A program made the position numbers and the translations under genes. A DNA stretch of 64,000 nucleotides, taken from the NCBI RefSeq assembly GCF_902652985.1, contig NC_047019.1, forward strand, positions 33,108,001-33,172,000. Direction: 5' to 3'. Of the stretch, positions 27,001 through 39,000 are shown piece after piece; the first letter of the stretch is position 1; every line of letters begins with the position of its first letter. The notes beneath the pieces are model-generated. The model saw only the letters and a program-made list of their open reading frames with translations. It had not been told where the DNA came from and searched no databases. Source of the stretch: Pecten maximus. Lineage: Eukaryota.

Positions 27001-30000
27001 ACCACAGGATAGCTATCGTAATAACAGTCCTAGCAGGGGCTACCGTGTAGAGCAGCGTACGGATACCGGGAGAAAAACTGTTAATATAAAACCCGCGACG
27101 TACGATGGCTCCGGCTCATGGCGCGATTACCAGTCACATTTTGAGGCGTGTGCCAGTATTAACCAATGGACTATGGAACAGAAAGGATTGTTCTTGGCAG
27201 TATCATTGAGAGGACAAGCACAGGGAGTACTGGGTAATTTGCCTGATGACCGGCAGCAACATTACTCTGTCCTGATTAAGTCTCTAGAGGACAGATTTGC
27301 GCCACCTCACCAGACGGAATTGTACCGTGCCCAATTACGGTCAAAAAGACAAAAAGCTGGGGAAACGTTGCCAGAGTTAGGACAGACAATACGCAGATTA
27401 ACGACACTTGCGTATTCTACAGCACCAGCGGATGTGCTTGAAACACTGGCCAAAGAGCAGTTTATTGATGCTTTAAGTGACGGGGATTCGCGTATCAGAA
27501 TAAAGCAATGCCGACCAAAGACCCTGAATGAAGCTGTACAGCTGGCGGTAGAGCTAGAGACATTTAAGCGGGCAGAAAAACGTAAGGATGACGGTACTGG
27601 TTTTCTGCGTCAAACTCTTACCGAAAATAACGAGAATGAGGACAGTACGGCTGGTAGCGAGCTGAAGTCCATGATAAAGACATTGACGGAACAGATGGAA
27701 TCATTGCAGAAGGATGTCTCTAACCTGAAGTCTGGCACCGCTTCTGGAGAACGTAAGCGACCAAGGAAAGAGAACGGTGGTACTAAAGGCACCCAAACAT
27801 TCCGTTGCTACTATTGCAACAAGGAGGGGCATATCAAGCGCAATTGTCCCAAGTTAAAGAAAAACTCCAACAAACAGGTCCCCGCCACGACCAGTGATAG
27901 CGATGATGCACGTCCAGTTGGAGCTGCCTCTTGTACTAAGGAGGCTGGTATGTTCATAAATGTGTCCATTCAAGGCAGTAAGGCTAACCTACTACTGGAC
28001 ACTGGGGCAACCGTTACGCTTATCTCGACCTCACTTTATGAGAAAATGATGGCTAGGCCAGCATTACACCAAGTTTCCCAGACAATCATTACAGCCAGCG
28101 GAGAGCCTTTAGATGTTAAAGGCAAAGGTAGATTCTCGCTGAACTTTGGCAACAACGAGAGGATGACAGATGCGGTTGTAGCCAAGATCAACGTTGATGG
28201 AATCCTGGGGTTGGATTTTCTCATGGATAATCGTTGCAGTGTAGACATGGACAAGAGTCAGATGATGATGGACGGCGTTATTGTGCCTACCCAATTTCGA
28301 GGAAAAGTAGGTTGTTACCGAGTGAGTGTGACTTCTAAAGTGGAACTCCCAGCGCGCAGCGAATTAATAATTCCTGGGCGTATCATAGTGCCCGATGGCA
28401 CGTTGGAACCAACAAATGATCTCGTTCTTGAGGCATCAGAAAGTTTCCTGAAGTCAGATAGAGCACTAGTAGCCAGGTCTCTGGTCAAATACCAGCCTAC
28501 TGTTCCGATCCGTATATTGAATACGGCTGATACACCACAGACAATCTACCCGGGTACTTGTGTTGCTAAGGCGACAGAGGGGGAATGCTTACAACAGAAG
28601 ACAGGCCCGGAGGAAATGGATGAGCAGCGACCAGACATCAAGCAATTGCTGGAACGATCAAAGACTCATTTAAGCGCAGAGGAAACAAGCCAGGCGGAGG
28701 AATTATTATTCCGGTACAGAGGTGTTTTTGCCGCCACAAACGCTGACTTCGGACGTACTGACAAAGTCAAACACCAAATAGACACAGGTATCGCGCGGCC
28801 TCTCAAACAACCAATGAGGCGCATTCCTGTGCATCAGTCAGAGGAAGTAGACAAACATGTAGAGGATATGTTGGAAAAGGGAGTCATTGAACACTCAACC
28901 AGCCCATGGTCCTCTGGTGTGGTATTGGTCAAAAAGAAAGATGGAACCACTCGTTTCTGCGTCGACTATCGTCGCCTTAACGATGTGACTGTCAAGGACG
29001 CATATCCGCTGCCGCGGATTGACGACTCGCTTGATAAGTTAGCAGGTTGCCATTGGTTCTCTACGCTGGATCTTTGCTCAGGCTATTGGCAGGTTGCAAT
29101 GGACCCTAGAGATAAGCCAAAAACAGCATTTACCACCAGAAAGGGCTTGTTTCAATTTCGGGTGATGCCGTTTGGCTTATGCTGCGCACCAGCCACGTTT
29201 GAAAGGCTGATGGAATCTGTCTTGGCCGGGTTACAATGGGACATATGTCTGGTTTATTTAGACGATGTGATTGTTTTAGGTAAAACATTCAATGAGATGC
29301 TGTTGAACCTGGAGAGAGTGTTTGATAGATTTCAGGCAGCAGGGCTAAAGTTGAAAACCAAGAAGTGTCATCTGTTTGCCAAACGGGTTGAGTTTCTTGG
29401 CCACATAATTTCCGACAAGGGGGTAGAGACAGACCCCAAGAAAACAGAGATCGTGAAGAAATGGCCAGAACCCTCAAGTGTAACGGAACTTCGGTCATTT
29501 CTGGGCCTGTGCAGTTACTATAGAAGGTTTATTGAAAACTTTGCGGGTATTGCCAAATGCTTGCATAAGCTCACTGAGAAGGGCAAGGCGTTTGACTGGA
29601 GCAAGGAATGCCAAGACGCATTTGATACCTTAAAGAACAGATTGGTGACAGCTCCGATTCTTGCACATCCACACTTTGACAAAGAATTTATTCTGGATAC
29701 TGATGCCAGTAACAATGCTCTGGGAGCCGTATTGTCGCAGCGTGTTGATGGTAAGGAAATGGTCCTTGCATACGCCAGCCGCACATTGACCAAGAGTGAG
29801 AGACGGTACTGCGTCACAAGGAAAGAGCTTTTGGCAGTAGTACACTTCGTGAAGTATTTCAGACACTATCTGTACGGTCGAACATTCCTTGTGCGCACGG
29901 ACCATAGCTCTTTACGGTGGCTGCTTAACTTCAAAGATCCGGAGGGCCAACTTGCCCGATGGCTAGAAGTGTTGAGCACCTACGACATGAGAATCGAACA

Positions 30001-33000
30001 TCGACGTGGAGTCCATCATGGCAATGCTGACGCCCTTAGCCGTATCCCATGCAAGCAGTGTGGGTATCGTTCGGATTGGGAGAAACAGTCCCGGGGTGTC
30101 GTAAATACCGCAGTAGCTGCCAACAGCAAGAACATTGGACCTCAGTCATCAGAAACATCTTCCGTCATACAACAGCGACAGGCATCCGACAAAGACCTGT
30201 GTGTTGTAATAGAATGGCTTAAAGATGGCAAGAAACCATCCTTTGAGGATATCCAGAATCAGAACTTCGTGATCAAATCCCTGTGGTCACAATGGAATCA
30301 GCTCGTGTTGGATAAAGGTGTTTTATACAGAAGATGGGTCTCAGACAAATCCAATACAACGCTTCAAGCGGTAGTACCACTTGGTGAGAGAAGGGACATA
30401 CTTCAACAATACCATGACGGTAGAACGGCAGGGCATTTGGGAGTTCGTAAGACTCTCTGTAAGATAAGGCAGGGGTATTACTGGCCTGGTCTGCAAGGGG
30501 ATACTAGGAGGTATGTTGCCGGCTGTGAAATTTGCACCAGGCGCAAAAATCCAGTTCGGAAGAATAGAGCGCCAATGCAAATAGTCCAGTCAGGTTTCCC
30601 GATGGAGCGTATAGCCGTTGATATACTGACTGACTTACCTGAAACAGGAAACGGCAACCGGCATGTGTTAGTAGTTGGTGACTACTATACGAAATGGATG
30701 GAATGTTTCGCAATGCCTAACATGGAGACAACCACTATTGCGACTCTGATAGTGGAGGAGGTCATATCAAGGTTCGGCATGCCATACGCGATCCATTCTG
30801 ACCAAGGCGCTCAGTTTGAGAGCAGGTTATTTGCAGAGATGTGCCAACTCCTTGGTACGAGAAAAACACGTACTTCACCGTATCATCCTCAGAGTGATGG
30901 TATGGTGGAAAGGTTCAATAAAACCTTGGTGACAATGCTTAGTGCATTTGTCAACGAACATCACACAGACTGGGATGAAATGCTGCCGTACGTGACCATG
31001 GCATATCGCTCGGTGGAACAAGAAACCACGGGTTGCACTCCAAATTACCTGATGTTGGGGCGAGAGGTAACAACACCACTCGACATACAATATGAGATGC
31101 CAGTAGACGACAAATCCATACCTCAGAATGAATGGGTGTGGACACTTCAAGAACGCATGGAAGAGGCACATCGTTTTGTGAGGTTGCATACCGATGGCGA
31201 GATGAGGAGGCAGAAGAAATACCATGACCAAAAGGCTTACTGGAACCAGTACAAACCAAATGACAGTGTTTTTGTCTTCTTTCCAAGAGTCAAACCAGGC
31301 AAATCTAGGAAACTAACGTCCATGTGGCAGGGACCATTCAAGGTGATGGGGAAATGCACAGACGTTACATACAAGATACCTTGTGGGTACCGCGGAAAGC
31401 CGCAGGTTATACACGTGGACCGTATGAGGCGTCATCGGTCACAAGTACTACGCGGCGAGGAGAAAGTTGAAACTTCAAAGCACCAGGCAGATGAGGCCGG
31501 GCTTGAGTTATCGGAACACAAAATCGTTCCAGAATGCCAGGACTTAGCGGAGGACACTGATGTCGATACAGCCGTTGACTCGGGACTAGGACCAGAACAT
31601 GGTCGCCCGCGTCGCAGCAGACATCCTCCGAGCTGGCACCGCGACTTTGTAGTATAGTCAGCTTATCAGAATATGCTCTCAACAAGAAGTCGGGAGTTCA
31701 GATCCAGTAACAGTAACATAAGACAGTTCTTTAAGGAGCAAGTAGTCCTTGTAGTTAGTTATTAAGATATTGTACAATGAAACGTTCACTTATTCATAAT
31801 TGGTATGTGGGGACACTGATACCCGGAGGCGTGGGTAATGTAACGGAAAGCGAAAGTAGGTCTTTTGGCGGGAAATAGAAAACGAAACTAGACCTCGTCC
31901 GGCAGAAGCTTCAACGTTACGTCCCAGTAAAACATGTAATAGACATAGATATCTGTAATCACGTGGTACTTTCGTTAGTATAAATACAGGTGAGCTGAGC
32001 TGCTCGGGTTTCATTCTGATTCTGATTTCGACGAGTGAAGATCAGGGAACACTAGTAACGTTATACTATAGAATTGCATAGCATTACCATATACATAGGA
32101 AACAGTGTGGGCCTGAATAAGGCTGGAATACTAACACACTGTGGGGTTAGCGGATTGACAGGGTTACGGTACTGTACTTATATTATCACAGCGGTGATAG
32201 GGAGCCTGACAGTTGACTGTTGGCAGTGCACTGTTGGCAGGTTAGTGTACAGGTAACTCTGGGAGGCTGACCGACGTATAGCTAGCGGTCGGGTTGTTGT
32301 GTATATATGTGCGCATACAGGAGCTCGCTGCAAACAGCAGTGAGAACGGCGGTCTGACGGACTGGTGCTGTATGCGTGGTTAACATATACACAGGCTCTA
32401 GCAGAGTGCGTATTGCAGCGGTTTTACTAGTAACGCGGTAGCGGCATTCAGAATCCCTGTTGTTAGTAGTATAGATAATTACGTAGTGGTCAGACAACCA
32501 CTGGATACAATCATACTCATTGTTTTTACGCCCGGGCGGCGTTACGCTCTTATAGCAGAACACATATATGTATATATTGTACTTAGGGTAATATGTAGTA
32601 AATATCTCGAATCCCAAGACGTGACTTGGTAACGAACCCCTTACACGTCACACTATACAGGAATACTGTAACGTTACTATACAGGAATACTGTAACGTTA
32701 CTATACAGGAATACTGTAACGTTACTATACAGGAATACTGTAACGTTACTATACAGGAATACTGTAATGTTACTATACAGGAATACTGTAATGTTACTAT
32801 ACAGGAATACTGTAATGTTACTATACAGGAATACTGTAATGTTACTAAACAGGAGTACTGTAATGTTACTATACAGGAATACTGTAATGTTACTATACAG
32901 GAATACTGTAATGTTATACTATACAGGAATACTGTAATGTTACTATACAGGAATACTGTAATGTTACTATACAGGAGTACTGTAATGTTACTATACAGGA

Positions 33001-36000
33001 ATACTGTAATGTTACTATACAGGAATACTGTAACGTTACTATACAGGAATACTGTAATGTTACTATACAGGAATACTGTAATGTTACTATACAGGAATAC
33101 TGTAATGTTACTATACAGGAATACTGTAATGTTACTATACAGGAGTACTGTACAAACCTTGCACCCTGTATATAGCTTTATCCCGGTCCTCCTGTGTATT
33201 TGTTCCTCCCTGTCCTCCAGGTGAAACCATATCAGTTCCATCCTGCACCAAAGGTAAAGTTTGTTCGAGATTGTCACTTTCTCCCTGCCCTGTGGAGAGA
33301 GTCTGGTCCAGATCATCACTTTCTCCATCCCCGGAGTATACAGCCTCCAGATCTTCAGTCTCTCCCTCCCTTGTGAATACTGTCTGATCCAAATCATCAC
33401 TTTCTCCTTCCCCTATGAATAGTGACTGTCCTTTAGGTGAAGATGGCTTCAGTTTGTTTATAAGAGTATTTAACATTGTAACCTGGGTCTGTGAATACTC
33501 TCCTTTCTCTTTTCCAAGGTCTAATAATCTAGAAAGTAAAAACATAAAAATCAAAGATGAAGGAAGAGGGTACCACCACTCAGTGCTGTATATCTAACAA
33601 AGAAGATATCTAACTTATTACACTCTCTCCTAATAGGTTTTGTTTCCCCATTTGCAGGTACCTGTCTATAATGAACTTGTGTTGTAGTTTTCTAAATACT
33701 TATAGTGTTCAGGTACCTCTCTATTATGGCCTGACGTTGTTGTTTTCTATATAGTGCCCAAATACCTCTCTATTATGGCCTGACGTTGTTGTTTTCTATA
33801 TAGTGCCCAAGTAACTATCTATAATGCCCTGATGTTGTAGTTTTCTATAGAGTACCCAAGTACCTCTCTATAGTGACCTTGTGTTGCAGTTTTGTTTATA
33901 GTGCCCAGGTATCTAGAATACCCTGATGTTTTTTTCTATAAAGTACCCAGGTACTTCTCTATAATGACCTTGTGTTGCAGTTTTCTATACAGTGCCCAAA
34001 TACCTCTCTATAATGCCCTGATGTTGTAGTTTTCTCCAGGTATTGATATAGTAGCAATATATTTCTCTATAATGCCCTCATGTACCATTACCTGACTTAC
34101 CTTTTGATTAAGGGGATGGTATGGCCACACAAATTATTGAGGAGTGACCGCAGTAGAGGACGAAAAGTCAAGGATACTGACTGCTGATACAGTCTTGTCG
34201 GAGTTTGACTTAAATTCTTGGCACCTACAGATACAAACAACAAATGTAATGGTATGCGCATGAAAACAAAAGGTTGAATTATGAGTTTGATTTACATATC
34301 ATAAGTTGGTGATGCATCACATGGGAATCTAAGTGGCCTTTAACCATCACAATTTTGTCCAGATATACTTATCAGTGACCAAATATTATATTTTCAGTGA
34401 AACATGATTACATGATAATCTAAAGTCCATAAATCCCAGGTGCTGGAAAGGATTAAAGTGTTTGTATAAGGATATAACAGATCAATTATCTAATTACAAA
34501 AAATGTATTATCCCACGTACCAGCTTGTCCATTGGCTGTAACTATAGTGTTAATCCAACGACACATTGTGTAGTTCCGTCTACAGGATTCTGTTGATATT
34601 TCTGATGTCAACTTTATCAAGAGACTGTTAGTGAGATTAACTTGATGAAGGAATTGAAGGACAGGTTTCCAGAATGATATAATCATGTGTGGAAGAGTAT
34701 AGCCTGGCTTGTCCAACTCTGTAAAAACATAATCAGATTTGACAGGTAATCAGATGGCAGGTATCTACACCTATAATGTACTAAGTTCAACCAAGCAAAT
34801 CTATATATAGACATGATCTTCAGGTTGGAAAGTAAATGTGTGAATAGATCTTCATATATCACAATGAGTTTTTCATTTTATGTATGGAATCCCCTTGATT
34901 ACTCTATTGTAATTTTCTTTCTGTTAAATCTATGTACACTGAGGTATGAATGTATACAAAACTTTTATCAATGGACAGGTTGTTATACAGTATTCTCAAA
35001 TGAAATGGCATTTTCAGCTGCACTATCTACAATCTTGTGGGCATACAAAGAACAAAGATACCCAAGCTCACCAAGGTATACAAAGATACCCAAGCTCACC
35101 AAGGTATACAAAGATACCCAAGCTCACCAAGGTATACAAAAATATCCAAGCTCACCAAGGTATACAAAGATACCCAAGCTCACCAAGGTATACAAAAATA
35201 TCCAAGCTCACCAAGGTATACAAAGATACCCAAGCTCACCAAGGTATACAAAGATACCTAAGCTCACCAAGGTATACAAAGATACCTAAGCTCACCAAGG
35301 TATACAAAGATACCCAAGCTCACCAGGGTATACAAAAATATCCAAGCTCACCAAGGTATACAAAGATACCCAAGCTCACAAGGGTATCCAAAGATACCCA
35401 AGCTCACCAAGGTATACAAAGATACCCTGGTGAGCTTTGGTATCTTTGTATACCATGGTGAGCTTTGGTATCTTTGCATACTCTAGTGAACTTGGGTTAC
35501 CCAAGCTCACCAAGGTATACAAAGATACCCTGGTGAGCTTTGGTATCTTTGTATACCATGGTGAGCTTTGGTATCTTTGTATACTCTAGTGAGCTTGGGT
35601 ATCTTTGTATACCCTGGTGAGCTTGGGTATCTTTGTTCTTTGTATACCCTGGTGAGCTTTGGTATCTTTGTATACCCTGGTGAGCTTGGGTATCTTTGTA
35701 TACCCTGATGAGCTTTGGTTTCTTTGTATACCATGGTGAGCTTTGGTATCTTTGTATACTCTAGTGAGCTTGGGTATATTTGTATACCCTGGTGAGCTTT
35801 GGTATCTTTGTATACTCTAGTGAGCTTGGGTATCTTTGTATACCCTGGTAACCTAAGGTATCTTTGTATACCCTGGTGAGCTTGGTATCGTTTTATATAC
35901 CCTAGTGAGATTGGCTATATTTGTGTACCCTGGTGAGCTCTATTTTACCCTCTCCTTCTCATCCCTCCAGGTAAGCTAAAAACATTATTCTTACAACTAC

Positions 36001-39000
36001 ATCTAAAGTGTTTGTCTAGTTAACTACAGCAAGAGAAACAACACCTCTTAAATTGTTACAGTATGTCGATACATTTATTTTATTTTAAAATCATATGTAC
36101 TAAAGACATCTCTGAAATTATTACAGAAGATACATTTATTAATCCCCTGCTATTTGAAAAACGGGGGGGACTATAGGTTTACCGTCAGTCCGTCCGTCTG
36201 TCTGTCTGTCTGTCATGCAACAGTTGTCAGGACAACTCCTTCTAAAGTACTAATCCGATTTTAACTAAACTTGGTATACATGATCAGTATAACATGTAGT
36301 TGTGCATCCCACACTTTTTTTCCGAAAAAACATTTTTCAAAATGGCTGCCGGCTTCTCATTGGTTGAGGCTTGGCCGGACAACTCCTCCTAAAGTATTAC
36401 TCCGATTTTAACAAAACTTGGTATACATGATCAGTATAACATGTAGTTGTGCATCTCATTCTTTTTTCGGAGTAAAAATTCTGAAATGCGAGTAGAAATG
36501 GATATATCTCGCACCTGGTGAGTAAAATAGCTCAAAGTCATAGATCATTTGAGGTCTAATGTCACTTTTTTTCTAAATTAGAGCTTGTCCGGGGCATAAC
36601 TTCCATGTTATTTCACCTACGTTTAACCAACTAGGTATACTTATGTATTTTTGTTTTTGTTTTTTTTTTTAAATATTTGTTGTCCGCAACCTGAAATATT
36701 CTTCCTGTTGTTCTTTTGGGAAAACTAGTTTAATATATCTATTGAAGTTCTGTCGAAAATAAATGGGAAATAAATAGGTGCACTCCTAGGTCAGGCAGGG
36801 GACTTTGTATTGCTGTTGCAATACTGTCCATCCTTGTTTTATTTTAAAATTAAATGTACATTTATTTTATTTTAAAATTAAATGTACTAAGAACATCTCT
36901 TAAATTGATAAAGTAGATATTTTAAAACAGTGTGTACTTACTGGAAGGAGGAATCCTTAAAGCTTGTAGCTGCTCACGAGTAGGTATCATAAAGCCATCT
37001 TCTACCAGGCAGGCCACTAACTCCTGTCTATACAAAACAAATTATTAAACATTTTACTAGCAGCATCATGTTGAGAAATTCTCCACAAGCAAATACATTA
37101 CTAACATCTTACATTTGTACTTCTTTTCCAGTACTTCAGGATTAACTTGACTATATTTTTTTATGTTATGGAGATAAACACAAATAAAGGGAGTGTACTC
37201 TAAATATATTTTAAAGTGTGAAGCTGTGAGAGTACACTCTATAACATAAAAATCATTTAAGTTAATCCTTATAATATAGTCTACTGTACACAATCCATGT
37301 GGAAATTCACTTTAATTGACCATCTCTTCTCTTAAAAATTTTCACCCAGCAAAAGCGACACTACAAACAGCGTCATTTTCTTATAAATGGGCTGATTACA
37401 TAGTACATTTTCAAGCCAATGAAAATGCTTGTTACAAGCCATATTAGATAATAAATTATCATGGTGAGGAAAGGTAAATTAACATAGCTCAATGAACAAG
37501 AGATGATATTCTGATACTGCTGTGTATACTTGTTGGCCCTACATATCTACAGAGATAAATTATCTACCAGTGTAGGCTTCACATACAGGTACCTCGGACA
37601 TCCTAAATATAACAGATATTTCTAACAAACCGTAGCATTACCAATGATCTCAGATGAACAGATAACAGCACAAACATAAAACCTACCTATTTTCAATGGG
37701 AAATTTTTCCAAGTCTTTTACAATTTTCCAGGAATTGTCTTTGTTTGTTTTCTGAAATGAAATAGTACAACTATTGTTTTATTAATGTGTCAATAATAAT
37801 TATGTATTCATACTTCACGAAACATTCTTATATGTTGTTGAAATGTTGTCGAGCTAAACCTCCAACTTTAAATAATCCCTAAGATCTAGAGGGTAGCCAG
37901 GGTAATACACAAGTGTATGGTCATGGTATCACAATTCCATTGCATCATAAGACTAATTTCTTGTTGATTGTATAATGTACACAAATATTTCATTTTATGT
38001 TGCATGGATAGACAGCATTATACCATGACACCCCAGTATTTTAAAGTTGAAGAGAAAACAAAAAATACTTAACAAACTTTAAACTTGACAAATGAAAATG
38101 AGAAATATTGGGTGTGTTCAAGCACTAATCAATAAAAAAAATGTAGCTGACAGGAAAAAAAATTCAATTCAAATATGAATTCCTTTTATTTGTAATACTA
38201 ATTCCAAACCTGTTGGTAAGGTTACAAAACGTCATGACAGAATCTAAAGGAAGAGCGTGTATCTCTCAAACATTTTACATATCTCCCTCACACATGTCAA
38301 CATCACTGTAAATTTTACACAATAGTTATAACACCGCTGTTCTTTATTGTTGGTATGGTGATGGCTGCTAGTTAAGCACTTGCTTTACCTGAAACTTCTG
38401 CTGCTCATAGTTTTCCAGGAGCCCTTTAACATCAAATTTATCAGCAGAGTTTTCAGTATTCTTCCTCTCAACTTTCTGTGCCATGGAACTCAGCTGCTTT
38501 TTCCAAAATTCATTCTGAAAGATTATTGATTCATCCTATATTTATAACAGAACTGATTTTTATCAAATACTAACAAAATCACATTATACTTTGCCAAATA
38601 AAACCTGCCAAGTTATGAAGGAATCAATTTAAAAACATGTTGAAACAAATCTATGTCCAAGTCTAACTTCAATATGATTAAAATTGAAAGAAATTAATTT
38701 ACATTCACAGGGCTTGTCCTAGTTTAGGTGATGATACAGATCAAGAGATATACACCTGTACATGTATATAGTATTGCATTATAATTTACTTATTTTGTGA
38801 GAAGGAAAACAACTGGAATATTTCCTAAATTTTATAGTTCATTGTATCATGAGTCATTTCTATTTTATTGCAGATATATAATTCAGAGGGTTAAACAGAT
38901 GTTAATATTGATCTAGATTAGTACCTCATATAAGTACTAATACAAATAAAGCAAGTTTCCAATAATATACTTTGTCAGGCTACGAGATAACTTGAGCCAG

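Larger units (their letters stand above)
25777..32652 (+). mobile_element. Full-length, apparently intact Ty3/Gypsy LTR retrotransposon (6876 bp), antisense within LAS1L intron 11
   Basis: TG...CA LTRs at 25777-26590 and 31839-32652 (814 bp each), 4-bp TSD CTAT (25773-25776 / 32653-32656), PBS, purine-rich tract before the 3' LTR, and domain order PR-RT-RH-IN. Confidence 0.97.

Noticed and set aside
26696-31685. Short antisense and alternate-frame ORFs within gag-pol; possible env gene
   Set aside because: These are shadow ORFs of a long coding region, and only ~180 nt separate the pol stop from the 3' LTR, leaving no room for env.
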